Source of the DNA: Candidatus Komeilibacteria bacterium RIFOXYD1_FULL_37_29
GTDB taxonomy: Bacteria > Patescibacteriota > Patescibacteriia > UBA1558 > GWA2-36-10
NCBI GenBank assembly: GCA_001818495.1
Contig: MHKS01000002.1
Span: 16,120 to 80,119 of the forward strand
Length of the DNA: 64,000 bases
Direction of reading: 5' to 3'
Part shown: positions 29,899-40,127 of the stretch, piece after piece
How positions within the stretch are numbered: the stretch's first letter is position 1
How the letters are laid out: each line of letters starts with the position of its first letter
Notes under the pieces: generated by a model
Told to the model about the DNA's origin: nothing
What the model saw: only the letters and a program-made list of their open reading frames with translations
Databases searched by the model: none
Translations under genes and position numbers: made by a program

Positions 29899-30618
29899 TT
29901 AAGCATTTGGTGGGGTCTTGGTAGAGGTGGTAGATAAATTGGACAGAATTTTGACACTCTGCTGTTTCAGATTGTGGCGTAGCATAGTGGCATCAGTCAT
30001 AGATTGTTCAGTGTGTTTGAGTAGCATTTCGAGGTGACAGAGCCTCATCTGAACTAGCCGGTGTCTGGCTATCTGCCGTGATCTTGGTTTGGCTTGACGC
30101 CATTCTTCTTCGGCCTCAGCCTGGAGTAATTCTAGATGCCCGATTGTAGGCAGCTCTTTATCTTCGAGATGTTCTATAACTGCCAAATCAATGTGCAGTT
30201 TCCAGTTGAGCAGAGGAATAATTAATCCATTGTGGATTTCATATTCTTCACGCACCACGATTTCTCGTTGATAAATTTCTTGAGAAGAAAGCTGGGTGTA
30301 TTCCCGTTTGATTTGCAGAACTTTTTCTTCCAGTTCGGCTAAGGCTTGGGGAATATGCTCCAGCATTTTTCCGTGGACAAACTCCTGGGTGATCAGAGCC
30401 CAGATACCGGGCTCGCTGAGTGATTCCCAATATCTTCTAGGGCAGATATCCAAAGCTAGGATATTGGTGGAGTTATCTTCTTCCAGAAACAGGGCTGCCT
30501 TGGGCATGCCATTGATAGAATTACCAAGGAGCAAGGTAAAGAAGGATGGTAAAGGCTTACCAGTAATCAGCGAGACACCGTGACGGTAGATAGCTCTCGC
30601 TTCTTTTTTGGTGCGCAC
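29899..30618 (-). CDS. Hypothetical protein
   Basis: 239 aa, GC ~47%, no recognisable domain; terminator hairpin 29850-29895 downstream. Confidence 0.35.
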   Translation of the reverse strand: MRTKKEARAIYRHGVSLITGKPLPSFFTLLLGNSINGMPKAALFLEEDNSTNILALDICPRRYWESLSEPGIWALITQEFVHGKMLEHIPQALAELEEKVLQIKREYTQLSSQEIYQREIVVREEYEIHNGLIIPLLNWKLHIDLAVIEHLEDKELPTIGHLELLQAEAEEEWRQAKPRSRQIARHRLVQMRLCHLEMLLKHTEQSMTDATMLRHNLKQQSVKILSNLSTTSTKTPPNA

Positions 30619-30675
30619 TGACGCTCCTTTCTTTTTTCCCGAGGGGGAGCAATTGCTCCCCCGGGTAGGTAGTAG

Positions 30676-30918
30676 TTATCGGCCGTCGCCACGCATATCT
30701 TTGAGGGTCTTCCTGACCTTGGATTTGATGTCGGGGTCGCTTGTTTTCCCGACTCTTTTCAGGATGACGCCACCCAGGCCGATGATAACCACGATGCCGC
30801 CTGCGATAGTCTGAACCGACAACGGTCCGATGTCATTGGCCATGGCGGGCGTGTAGTCGATCAGGACCAAAAATATGGCCAGACCGAGCAGGCTGATGAA
30901 AGATAAGAGTTTCAGCAT
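30676..30918 (-). CDS. Hypothetical small membrane protein
   Basis: 80 aa, two TM segments, basic C-terminus; GC-rich. Confidence 0.3.
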   Translation of the reverse strand: MLKLLSFISLLGLAIFLVLIDYTPAMANDIGPLSVQTIAGGIVVIIGLGGVILKRVGKTSDPDIKSKVRKTLKDMRGDGR

Positions 30919-31116
30919 AAGAGATTCCCTTCTTTAGGGTGTTGGGTTTGAAAATCCATTTCCGGGCTGTAAGTCCTATTTATCTATATATAAGAGGTTG
31001 TAAATAACAAAGCATAGACTGGCTAAATTATCATAAATAGGGCTATGTGTCAATGATAAAAGGACACCCTTTTTACCTAAAAGAGTGTCCAGAAAACTAG
31101 TTGGTTTAAAATTATT

Positions 31117-31776
31117 TTAGTTTTTAGTTAACAGTATAATTGTTTTTTCAAAATTATTTGGGACATCGATTATTTCCCAGGAAAAATTAGTCGGTAATTT
31201 TAGATTGCCCGAAGCAAGGATTTCTTCCACATGAGCCCTATCTGCTTCAGTCGATAAAATCATTTGGCCATTTGTTTTTAGTAATTTTTCGCAAGTCTTC
31301 AGTGTTTCGGGGTTGCTTATTAGTTCGCCACTGAGATAAAACATAGTTATTAAATCAGTCACTTCTTGGTCTGATAATTTATTAAAGTCAGTTTCTAAAA
31401 TAGCTGGCGAGTTTTCAAAATCAATTTTATCTATTTCTTTAAGAGTAATGTCTAATTGATTAAATAATTCTAAGGCCTGCTCATTTTTGGCCGGCACATT
31501 TTCAATACCGACAGTTTTAATTCCTTGAGCATCCAACATAACAGTGCCATAGCCAAAACCCGATCCAACATCTAAAGCTGTCTCTGGATTATGGAGTTTA
31601 TCTTTGATTGTTTCCCAGACATTTCGTATGGACAGCATCCTTTCATAGGGATTTAGCTGTTCCTGATCAGCAGTTTCTTGTTCCAGATCAATATCTACTG
31701 TCTTTAGTTTTTCTAATAGGGAGTCTATTTTTAATTCAGCTTCAGTTTTTTGTCTTGGTATATTGGGGTTTTGCAT
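31117..31776 (-). CDS. Class I SAM-dependent methyltransferase
   Basis: 219 aa; motif I LDVGSGFGYGT. Confidence 0.7.
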   Translation of the reverse strand: MQNPNIPRQKTEAELKIDSLLEKLKTVDIDLEQETADQEQLNPYERMLSIRNVWETIKDKLHNPETALDVGSGFGYGTVMLDAQGIKTVGIENVPAKNEQALELFNQLDITLKEIDKIDFENSPAILETDFNKLSDQEVTDLITMFYLSGELISNPETLKTCEKLLKTNGQMILSTEADRAHVEEILASGNLKLPTNFSWEIIDVPNNFEKTIILLTKN

Positions 31777-31792
31777 AGTGGGGAGTAATTAT

Positions 31793-32626
31793 TTATTTTT
31801 CTTCACTAATGATTCTTTCCAAAAGACCTTTGATAATCACATCTAGCTGAGAGTTGGCCGAGTAGTCAGCTGGAGCGACATAGTTTACTCTGTCTTCGGA
31901 AATCAGTTTATAGATTTTTTCTTTGTGTTTAGTATCTGCCCATTCTTTAGGGCCAAAAACTCCTAGAGAAGAGCCACCGTGAAATTTGACCATTTTCATG
32001 GCTGGGATATCCGTATCGCCATCGCCTAGATAAATCATCCGCTCAAAAGATACTGGTCGCTTTTTCATGACCATCCATTTGTTTAGACCCTTATTGTCAT
32101 GGTGATTTAAAATACCTTTATTTATTCTAAAGAGATATTGGGTTTTGGTAGTGTAGTTTATGGCCACGCCCGGGTACAATAGATTATCCTGATCATCAAA
32201 AATATATTTAGAAGCAAAGATAGTTTGAAAGTGTTTAGCAATACTAGTGGCTTCCATTATTTCGTATAGACCGGAAGAAATTACGTAGTGTTTTAAGATA
32301 TAATCATTGTTAGAAATTTTGGCGCTATAACTATTTATTCTTTCAAACCAATCTTGGACACCAGAAAATAAGGGGACATCTTGGCCGTAGCCATTTAATA
32401 TTTTTCTGGATAATTTAAAATTTTTCTCTTTGGCATATTTAGCCAATAGATACATGTAGGCCAAGACCCCGTCAATATCTTTTTCTTCGGTGATTTTTTC
32501 TACTTCTTGCCAGAAGGATTCTTTATCTATACCAATATCGGGAAGTAGTTTATGATCGGGCAGATTTCCTTCGGCTAGAGTGCCGTCAAAGTCGTAGATT
32601 AGGGCAATTTCTTTGGGTTTAGACAT
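31793..32626 (-). CDS. HAD-superfamily hydrolase
   Basis: 277 aa; motif I IYDFDGTLA, motif IV YLGDGDTDIPAM. Confidence 0.6.
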   Translation of the reverse strand: MSKPKEIALIYDFDGTLAEGNLPDHKLLPDIGIDKESFWQEVEKITEEKDIDGVLAYMYLLAKYAKEKNFKLSRKILNGYGQDVPLFSGVQDWFERINSYSAKISNNDYILKHYVISSGLYEIMEATSIAKHFQTIFASKYIFDDQDNLLYPGVAINYTTKTQYLFRINKGILNHHDNKGLNKWMVMKKRPVSFERMIYLGDGDTDIPAMKMVKFHGGSSLGVFGPKEWADTKHKEKIYKLISEDRVNYVAPADYSANSQLDVIIKGLLERIISEEK

Positions 32627-32638
32627 AATTTAAGGCAA

Positions 32639-33103
32639 TTATTTTATTAACTGTAAAATTTTTTCAGCGCCAATTTGCATTTCTTCTGGCTTGATGGATT
32701 TTAAAGCTAGCCAGCGTGGTTTTTCCGATTCGTCTAATTGATCGACTTGATCATCTTTTATTAGTTTTGTTTTTTTTGGCCGGCACAGATAAAAGAAGGA
32801 GAAATTTTGGTATGCTTCATCTAGCGGTTCGTAATAGAAGAAAATTTCTTGGAAGGAAAGGAATTTTTTGATGACTAGTTCAATACCAGTTTCTTCGCGT
32901 ACTTCACGCCTGAGGCCTTCTTCTAGTTTTTCACCTAGATCAATACCACCGCCTGGAAACCAATATTTTCCAGTACTTTTAGTCTTCAACAATAAAACTT
33001 TTCCTTTATTAATGATCACCGCATAAGCCGCTGGTCGAAAAACCAATTTTTCACGAGGAATCATTTTTTTATTACCATGTAAAGTTAGGCATTCTACTAA
33101 CAT
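32639..33103 (-). CDS. NUDIX hydrolase
   Basis: 154 aa; GGGIDLGEKLEEGLRREVREETGIEL Nudix box. Confidence 0.8.
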   Translation of the reverse strand: MLVECLTLHGNKKMIPREKLVFRPAAYAVIINKGKVLLLKTKSTGKYWFPGGGIDLGEKLEEGLRREVREETGIELVIKKFLSFQEIFFYYEPLDEAYQNFSFFYLCRPKKTKLIKDDQVDQLDESEKPRWLALKSIKPEEMQIGAEKILQLIK

Positions 33104-33334
33104 AAGGATAGGGGATATTGTTTAGTTATTTTTTACTTTTTTTATTTAGTATTTTTTCATAATTTTTTAGGCTGTTTTATAATAAATCGTTTTCGTAGCG
33201 GAACGAAGAAAACACCTTATCACCCCTCTTTAATTAATGAAAAAGAAGTTTGAAAATTTTTTAAATCAATTGGGCGATAGCCCAAAAAAGAAGCAGGGGG
33301 CAGAGGTGAATACACCCGAGCCTAAGTACGCTAT

Positions 33335-34483
33335 TTAATCCTTGCCAATAAATAAGTTTATATACTCTTTATAAACATAAGACTGTCCGTATTTATTATC
33401 CTTATCCTTTGGCGTCAATATCCCCATTTGTATAAATCGATCAATTACAGTTTGCGCTCCAGCTCTAGTAAAGCCAGTCCATTTTTGGATAACATTAACA
33501 TTGACTATTGGCTGGCCATAAAGCTTTGGTAAAATAACAGTCGCACTTTCTGAAGCTCGTTTGCCCAGAGCTTGGACTTTGCTAATATTTTTTTCTCGCA
33601 ATAAAGTAATTTTATCAACAATAGTTATAGCTTCATTGGCAATCTCAATGACGCCATCAAGAAAAAAGTTTGTCCAGTCAGCTACCTCACCATTGTGATA
33701 AGCAAACAACTTTTCATAATATACTTTTTGGTGTTTTTTAAAATATGAGGATAAGAACAAGACAGGTTTTTCTAGATAGCCTTCTTGCCAAAGATAAAAA
33801 GTAATTAACATTCTACCAGTTCTGCCATTGCCGTCTAAAAATGGATGGATACTTTCAAATTGAGCATGAATTAATCCCGCTTTTATAACAGTAGGGATAG
33901 AGTCATTAGTATGTATAAATTTTTCTAAATCATTTAAAGCATTGTGCATTTCCACAACTGGTGGTGGCACAAAGCGGGCATTGTCTGGTCGTGTTCCGCC
34001 AATCCAATTTTGGCTTTTTCTAAATTCACCAGGATCAGAAAAATGTGTGGCTCGTGCCTTATGCATTAGCTGTTTATGTAGTTCTTTGACAAATCTTAGC
34101 GCCATAGGAAAGTTATCATTTTTCATTCGTTTCATCCCATAATTTAGAGCTTTGATATAGTGTAAAATATCATCCACATCTTCTGGTGTATTATTATTTA
34201 TTTTTACTTCAGCCTCAATAGCGTCAATCATCGTGGCCATAGTGCCTTCAATTTGGCTGGATGAAGCCGCATCTTTTCTCAAATACATCAAAAGAAAAAA
34301 ATCAGAATCAGGTAATAGTTTGGTAATGCCATCAAGCTTGCCCAAGAGACGAGTAGCCTCATTATTCTTTTTTAGTATTTTTGGCTCAAAATCAAAGTCC
34401 TCTTTTGGTGGGTAGGGATTAGGAATAAAGGCTTTAAAGCCAGCTTTTTGCTCAATTAATTTGCCAATTTCTAAGTGTTTCAT
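33335..34483 (-). CDS. Fic family protein (AMPylase/phosphocholine transferase fold) with C-terminal wHTH
   Basis: 382 aa; HPFLDGNGRTGRMLITF canonical Fic motif. Confidence 0.85.
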   Translation of the reverse strand: MKHLEIGKLIEQKAGFKAFIPNPYPPKEDFDFEPKILKKNNEATRLLGKLDGITKLLPDSDFFLLMYLRKDAASSSQIEGTMATMIDAIEAEVKINNNTPEDVDDILHYIKALNYGMKRMKNDNFPMALRFVKELHKQLMHKARATHFSDPGEFRKSQNWIGGTRPDNARFVPPPVVEMHNALNDLEKFIHTNDSIPTVIKAGLIHAQFESIHPFLDGNGRTGRMLITFYLWQEGYLEKPVLFLSSYFKKHQKVYYEKLFAYHNGEVADWTNFFLDGVIEIANEAITIVDKITLLREKNISKVQALGKRASESATVILPKLYGQPIVNVNVIQKWTGFTRAGAQTVIDRFIQMGILTPKDKDNKYGQSYVYKEYINLFIGKD

Positions 34484-34770
34484 GTTTGTTTACATCCTAT
34501 TTATAATATATACAAAGTATATATGTTTGTATACATTGTGTCAACAGCTGTATACAAGTTGTTTTATCTTGCTAATTTGCCCATTCTTTTATATTATAGC
34601 TATAGATAAACTTTTAAGCTAAATTTATGCCCAACTTCGGTGAACAATTTTTTCTTTATATCGAGCATTTCATCGTAAAATGCTATGCTTCCGCAGATTG
34701 TGATGTTCATAATAATAGATTAGAATTTAATTATATAGAGGTATTGATTGATCATGGGTGTTCGTGGGTT

Positions 34771-35676
34771 TTAATAGATCAAATTAATCGGTTTTTTATT
34801 TAACCAGGCTTCTACATTATCTATCATCATATCATTGGCCACTCTTTTTGTATCCCAAGTGTTATAGGCAATGTGTGGTGTAGTCAGTATTTTGGGATGC
34901 TGGAGCAGTTTTTGATAATAATGGTCATTGGTATTTCCTACCTTGATACTGCCAGCATCCATCGCTACTCCGGCTAAGATATTTTGGTCTAAAGATTTTA
35001 TTATACCATCAGTATCATAAATTTCCGTTCCAGTAACGGTTAAAAAATAAGAGCCCTCTTTGAGAGATAAAAAGAATTTTTCGTTTAGTAATCCTTTAGT
35101 GGTTGGATTGGAACTTAAAGTATCTACAACCACATCGGCATTTTTGACTGATTTTAATAAATCATCGCCCCTTTGAAAGTAAGAGACATTCATCTCTAGT
35201 GCTTCGCATATTTTTCCCACCCTTGAGCCTACATGCCCCTTTCCTAAAATTGTAATATTTTTGTCTTTTAGACTATGCTCAATCGGAGGCAAATCGTTGT
35301 TTAAGGTGGTGTTGTTTATATAAAAGGGAAATCTTCTCAGTAGATTAAAGATCATGCCAATAATCCATTCCGAAACCGCTACTTTATTACAGCCCGGACT
35401 TTTGGCCACTACGATATTTCTTTTTTTTAAAATCTTTTCATCAAAAAAATCAACTCCCACAAAGGGCAGTGATATGAAAACATTTTCTAAATCTTGATAT
35501 TTTTCTTTAAGACCAAATTTACCGCCACAGATTATATCAGCACTCTTGACTCTTTGGAGCCACTCTTCTGGCGTTTTGGCCCAGTCGTTATAGAAGGTGA
35601 CAGCACCTAATTTTTTTAATCTTTTGATTTGATCAGGAAATAGTTCAAGATTTAAGGGGACTACTATTTTTAGCAT
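34771..35676 (-). CDS. D-isomer-specific 2-hydroxyacid dehydrogenase family (NAD-binding)
   Basis: 301 aa; ILGKGHVGSRVG Rossmann motif, catalytic-domain layout. Confidence 0.75.
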   Translation of the reverse strand: MLKIVVPLNLELFPDQIKRLKKLGAVTFYNDWAKTPEEWLQRVKSADIICGGKFGLKEKYQDLENVFISLPFVGVDFFDEKILKKRNIVVAKSPGCNKVAVSEWIIGMIFNLLRRFPFYINNTTLNNDLPPIEHSLKDKNITILGKGHVGSRVGKICEALEMNVSYFQRGDDLLKSVKNADVVVDTLSSNPTTKGLLNEKFFLSLKEGSYFLTVTGTEIYDTDGIIKSLDQNILAGVAMDAGSIKVGNTNDHYYQKLLQHPKILTTPHIAYNTWDTKRVANDMMIDNVEAWLNKKPINLIY

Positions 35677-35704
35677 AATTTTTATTGATATACTATTAGG
35701 ATAA

Positions 35705-36220
35705 CTAATGTTTTGCTCTATTTAAAATATTATTTATAAATTCAGCTTTGCCTTCAGTATATTTTTCACGGAGATTGCTGTATTTTTCTGCTAATTCGTT
35801 TTTTAGGTTATTATATTCATCTCTTGCCTTTTTATCTTTTAAAAGAAAATCACGAAAAAGTATCATTTCATCCCATCCCAAACTATTATATTTAACGGCA
35901 TGTATATAATGAGTACGATTATGATCTAGACCTTTGGCAAAAAACCTATACTCTATTTTACCTTTTTCACCCATATCTTCATAACCAGCTGATTTTATTA
36001 AATTAAATATATTTTCTTTCTGACTATCATCAGTATATCCAACAGCAATATCAATAATTGGTTTGGCCATTATGTCAGGTATGGCAGTGCTTCCTACATG
36101 TTCAATTTTAATATTATTTCCAAGTATTTTATTGAGTGATTTTCTTTCCTGTTCAAAAAGACTGGTCCATTTTTTTTGGTGTGGCACTAGTTTAACAATA
36201 CCTCTTTTCAAACCAATCAT
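35705..36220 (-). CDS. GrpB family (UPF0157) nucleotidyltransferase-fold protein
   Basis: 171 aa; IEHVGSTAIPDIMAKPIIDI GrpB signature. Confidence 0.75.
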   Translation of the reverse strand: MIGLKRGIVKLVPHQKKWTSLFEQERKSLNKILGNNIKIEHVGSTAIPDIMAKPIIDIAVGYTDDSQKENIFNLIKSAGYEDMGEKGKIEYRFFAKGLDHNRTHYIHAVKYNSLGWDEMILFRDFLLKDKKARDEYNNLKNELAEKYSNLREKYTEGKAEFINNILNRAKH

Positions 36221-36327
36221 AATTTTTGATTAATATACTACTAGGATAACCAATTTTGATAAATATGTAAATTATTAAAAAAGCCGCGAATAGCCGCGGC
36301 TAAATTAGAGATTTTTATGATGCGAGT

Positions 36328-37131
36328 TTATTTTATTATTTTTTGATGTTTAAGAAGTCTTTTATCACTAATTTGTAATTTTTCATCAAGGAGCAAAACA
36401 AAAGTAAAATTTAGTATAGACTGTGCAATTTTTTGGGGTATATTTTTATCTTTAGGATGAGCTGAATATATCCTATATATATTAAAAATTTCTATTAGAG
36501 GTGAGTGTTCTCCTGGCAGTATTTTTCTTAGAGAGTTAAATTTTTTATCTTTGAATTTTATACCATTTTTATCAAATAAAGAAATGAGGGTACCTAATGG
36601 TGATGTTTCGAAATATTTTTTGTATAAGGTTTTATTTTTTTTCTTGATTAAATAATGTAGTCTAGCTTCAACGGAAGAAACAGCCATAATCACAGAGGAA
36701 GAGAAACAACCATTTCTGAAATTTGTTATAGCCTCATCTAAACGTATGCATTCTTGGCATGTTAGTTTAGACAATTTTTCATTTATTTCTTCATTATATA
36801 TTACATCTATATTTTCAAATATTGAATCTAAGTGTACTTTAAAATCTTTTTTATTAGTGGTGTAGCTAAAATTTTCTAAAATTTTTATTTCTTTTTTAAG
36901 GGAATTTATTGCCGGTTCGTATATATCTAAAAATTCAATCCGGTCTATAAAATCATTTAGCTGAGAAAGTATATATTCTATAGGGGGACTAGTTTTATAT
37001 AATAAGGGAAAATATTTATTGTTAGGGTCTGGAAAATGAAGTATAGCGTCTTTTTTAGCACCTTCTAATAGACTTATTATATTTTCTGATTTACTCATGT
37101 GCAGTATATCTTGATGTTTAGTGTTATTCAT
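36328..37131 (-). CDS. Hypothetical protein, very AT-rich orphan
   Basis: 267 aa, Lys/Asn/Ile-rich, no recognisable domain; hairpin terminator 36281-36303 downstream. Confidence 0.4.
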   Translation of the reverse strand: MNNTKHQDILHMSKSENIISLLEGAKKDAILHFPDPNNKYFPLLYKTSPPIEYILSQLNDFIDRIEFLDIYEPAINSLKKEIKILENFSYTTNKKDFKVHLDSIFENIDVIYNEEINEKLSKLTCQECIRLDEAITNFRNGCFSSSVIMAVSSVEARLHYLIKKKNKTLYKKYFETSPLGTLISLFDKNGIKFKDKKFNSLRKILPGEHSPLIEIFNIYRIYSAHPKDKNIPQKIAQSILNFTFVLLLDEKLQISDKRLLKHQKIIK

Positions 37132-37187
37132 ATTTTTAATATTTAATATTTTAAAAACGAGAGCTATAAAAGCTCTCGTTTGGTTAA

Positions 37188-40127
37188 CTATTTCATATCA
37201 CACGAACCTTTCATACCGCATTGTTTGGAGCACTCGGTACAACCGCCAATTTTGACCATGATGCCCTTTTTACATTGGGGGCAGGTTTGACCAACTCCCG
37301 AGCCGTAGACCTTATCATCATCTTCTGGTAGCTCTACGCCAGCTTGTTGGCGGGGGTTTTGCATTTCCGGTATTTCTGGTTTGACCGCTTCTTTGAAAGC
37401 GGGGATTTGTTCTTGTTTGGCGGGTTTTCTCTCACCGTTATAAGCCAGGTTTTTTTCTTCAGTGTGGCTGTCAGTGGAGAGTACTTGCTCATCACGAGAA
37501 TTGTCGCGGTAAATGGTCACACCCTTACAACCCAGTTCATAGGCCTTTTCATAAAGCTGAGCAGTTTGCTCGACAGTATAGTCAGCTGGAGCATTGGCAG
37601 TTTTAGAAATTGAGGAGTCAGTCCATTTTTGGACAGCGGCTTGGACTTTGATGTGCTCGAGCGGTTCTAGACCCATGGCTGAGACAAAAAATTCCGGTAA
37701 AGATCCGTTGCTCTTATAATTTTGCGCCAGTGGTATAAAGACCTCATGAAAGCCCAGGCGTGATTGGCGGTAAAATTTAAAAGCATAGTATGGTTCAATA
37801 CCAGTCGAAGTTGAGAGCATAGAGCCGACTGTACCGGTTGGTGCCTGGGTAGTCAAAGTAACATTTCTAATACCATTTTCCATAATCAACTGGCGGACAT
37901 CTTCTGGCATATTTTTCATAAAGCCGGAGTCTAGGAATTTGGCGGCATTAAATTTGGGGAAAGAGCCTTTTTCTTTGGCAATACGAGAGGACTCTTTATA
38001 CATTTCAGAGGTAATGGTTTTGTAGAGTTCATCGATAAAAACCAAAGACTCATCAGAGCCGTAGCGCAAGCGTAGTTTGATTAGCATTTCTCCTAGTCCT
38101 AGCGTACCACCGCCGACACGTCGTTCTTTTTTCTGATTATCTTCATTTTCTGGGAAGTGGTAGGGAGTAAGATCAATGACGTTGTCCAAAAATCTAGTCA
38201 GGGTGCGGGAGGCTAAGCGGAGCTCATCCCAATTTAATTTGTAAAGTGGTCCCAAATCATCATAGCCGGTTTCTTCCAAAAATGAAGCCAGATAAAGATG
38301 GCCCAGATTACAGACTCCCCAGCCCGGTAGTCCCTGTTCACCACAAGGGTTGGTAGAAATTATTTTATTGAAATAATAGGAATTGGACTGCTTGTTGTAT
38401 CTTTCCATAAAGACCACGCCCGGTTCAGCACTAGCGTGAGCTGAAGTAACCAGTTTGTTCCAAAGATCGCGAGCTTTTAAGGTCTTGTATACTTTGGTAG
38501 GATAGCCGGCAGTTTTCCAAGCCTGCAAATCGCCGTCCCACTCTTTGTCATAGATATCGGAAAAAGCTGGATTTTCATAATCAGGAAATTCTAAATTCCA
38601 GTCACCGTTGTTTTTGACGGCTTCCATAAAGCCGTCAGAGACCATCACAGAGATATTGGCATTTTCTATTTGTCCGGCCACTGTTTTAGAAGAGATAAAC
38701 TCTATCACATCAGGATGCCAGTCCCATTGCATCAGCATCAGAGCACCCCGACGAGAGCCGCCTTGCTCTATTAGCCCTGTAGCATAGGAAAATAGCCCGG
38801 CCCAAGACACTGAGCCAGAGGATTTACCGTGGACACCTTTGACATAGGCGTAGCGAGGTCGTAGAGCTGATAAAGTCATACCGACACCGCCACCCCGACT
38901 CATTACCTCTACCATTTGATGCAGGGAATCTTTGATGATGGATTTACGACTATCCAAAGGAGATGGTAAGACATAGCAATTAAAAAGTGTTAGGTTGGAA
39001 GTATAGTTACCGTGTTGGTCAATATTGGCGCCGGTCATGATGCGTCCGCCCGGTTGGATATATTTTTTAGACAAAGCTTCAAAAAAAGCTTCAAAGTATT
39101 TGGTTTTATTTTCTTCAGTAGTTTCCACACTAGCGACCGCTCGGGCAATCCGGCGGTGTGAGTCGGCAATAGCTTCTTTGGGTTTGTCGCACTTGAAAAT
39201 ATCTTGAGTAAATTCAAAATTATTGGTCTCATCAGCAAAGACACCGGTCAGCATATGCAATTTAACTTTCTCGTCTTTGAGCATTTCTTTGATAATGCCC
39301 AAATCTTTTTTGGGATATTTGCGGTCTTCTTTGGTAATGACAATCACTAGATCGCCCAGGGCAATATCTTCCCGTTTTTCTTTGATAGAATAGCGATCCA
39401 AAAAAATAATCCGACCCAGTTTATCAAAATTGGTGGAGTTATTTAAAATATGCTTGGCTTGTTTGGATAATTCTACTCCAGCCTCTTGGAGTTTTTTTAC
39501 TTCCTCAGAAGTAATATCCTTGCCTTTTTCTAGACGGATCTTTTTTCTTTGTTCGCGATAGAGGATGAAATGTTTGGCGGTTCTGGCCCAGTTGGACTGA
39601 ATCAGGATGATTTCAATGATATCTTGGATTTGTTCTACATTGGGAGTTAGACGGTCATTGAACTTATGTTCCAAAATAGCGGTCACCACATCGGCCAAAC
39701 GTTGGGCTTCTTCGCGGTTATATTCACCAGAGGCCTGGCCAGCTCTAAACAGAGCGGAAAATATCTTATCTTTATCAAAATCTACAATGGAGCCGTCTCT
39801 TTTTTTGATTTGTTTGACGCCAGTAGCCATTTTTCTTTCCCGTACTAGTTTTTGGCCACGGGTTTTGAAGTAAACTTTGGCTACTTCGGAGTAATTGTTG
39901 TCCAAAAGTACAATATTAACAGCACTACGGATGTCATCGGTATCAATTGTTTGGTAGGGAGAGTGGTTTTCTTCTAAATACTTGGTAACTTGAGCGGCTA
40001 CCTTGCCAGAAATAGGGTTATCTTTTAGTCCGGTGGCGGTAATAGCCTGAGAAAGAGAGTAAGTCAGCTTACTAAGGTCGAAGGCTTCTATTCGGCCATC
40101 TCTTTTTTTTATTTCTTTTAGGGGCAT
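37188..40127 (-). CDS. nrdJ: Adenosylcobalamin-dependent (class II) ribonucleotide reductase with two N-terminal ATP-cone domains
   Basis: 979 aa; two VKKRDGR/VKKRDGS ATP-cone starts; active-site ISTNPCGEQ; C-terminal CPQC...C..C zinc-ribbon. Confidence 0.8.
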   Translation of the reverse strand: MPLKEIKKRDGRIEAFDLSKLTYSLSQAITATGLKDNPISGKVAAQVTKYLEENHSPYQTIDTDDIRSAVNIVLLDNNYSEVAKVYFKTRGQKLVRERKMATGVKQIKKRDGSIVDFDKDKIFSALFRAGQASGEYNREEAQRLADVVTAILEHKFNDRLTPNVEQIQDIIEIILIQSNWARTAKHFILYREQRKKIRLEKGKDITSEEVKKLQEAGVELSKQAKHILNNSTNFDKLGRIIFLDRYSIKEKREDIALGDLVIVITKEDRKYPKKDLGIIKEMLKDEKVKLHMLTGVFADETNNFEFTQDIFKCDKPKEAIADSHRRIARAVASVETTEENKTKYFEAFFEALSKKYIQPGGRIMTGANIDQHGNYTSNLTLFNCYVLPSPLDSRKSIIKDSLHQMVEVMSRGGGVGMTLSALRPRYAYVKGVHGKSSGSVSWAGLFSYATGLIEQGGSRRGALMLMQWDWHPDVIEFISSKTVAGQIENANISVMVSDGFMEAVKNNGDWNLEFPDYENPAFSDIYDKEWDGDLQAWKTAGYPTKVYKTLKARDLWNKLVTSAHASAEPGVVFMERYNKQSNSYYFNKIISTNPCGEQGLPGWGVCNLGHLYLASFLEETGYDDLGPLYKLNWDELRLASRTLTRFLDNVIDLTPYHFPENEDNQKKERRVGGGTLGLGEMLIKLRLRYGSDESLVFIDELYKTITSEMYKESSRIAKEKGSFPKFNAAKFLDSGFMKNMPEDVRQLIMENGIRNVTLTTQAPTGTVGSMLSTSTGIEPYYAFKFYRQSRLGFHEVFIPLAQNYKSNGSLPEFFVSAMGLEPLEHIKVQAAVQKWTDSSISKTANAPADYTVEQTAQLYEKAYELGCKGVTIYRDNSRDEQVLSTDSHTEEKNLAYNGERKPAKQEQIPAFKEAVKPEIPEMQNPRQQAGVELPEDDDKVYGSGVGQTCPQCKKGIMVKIGGCTECSKQCGMKGSCDMK

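Noticed and set aside
30627-30654. Near-perfect 28-bp palindrome cccgagggggagcaattgctcccccggg as a terminator
   Set aside because: A T-run precedes rather than follows it on the plus strand, and only an A/G-rich tract follows on the minus strand. It is kept as an unexplained palindrome (possible protein-binding site) rather than a terminator.
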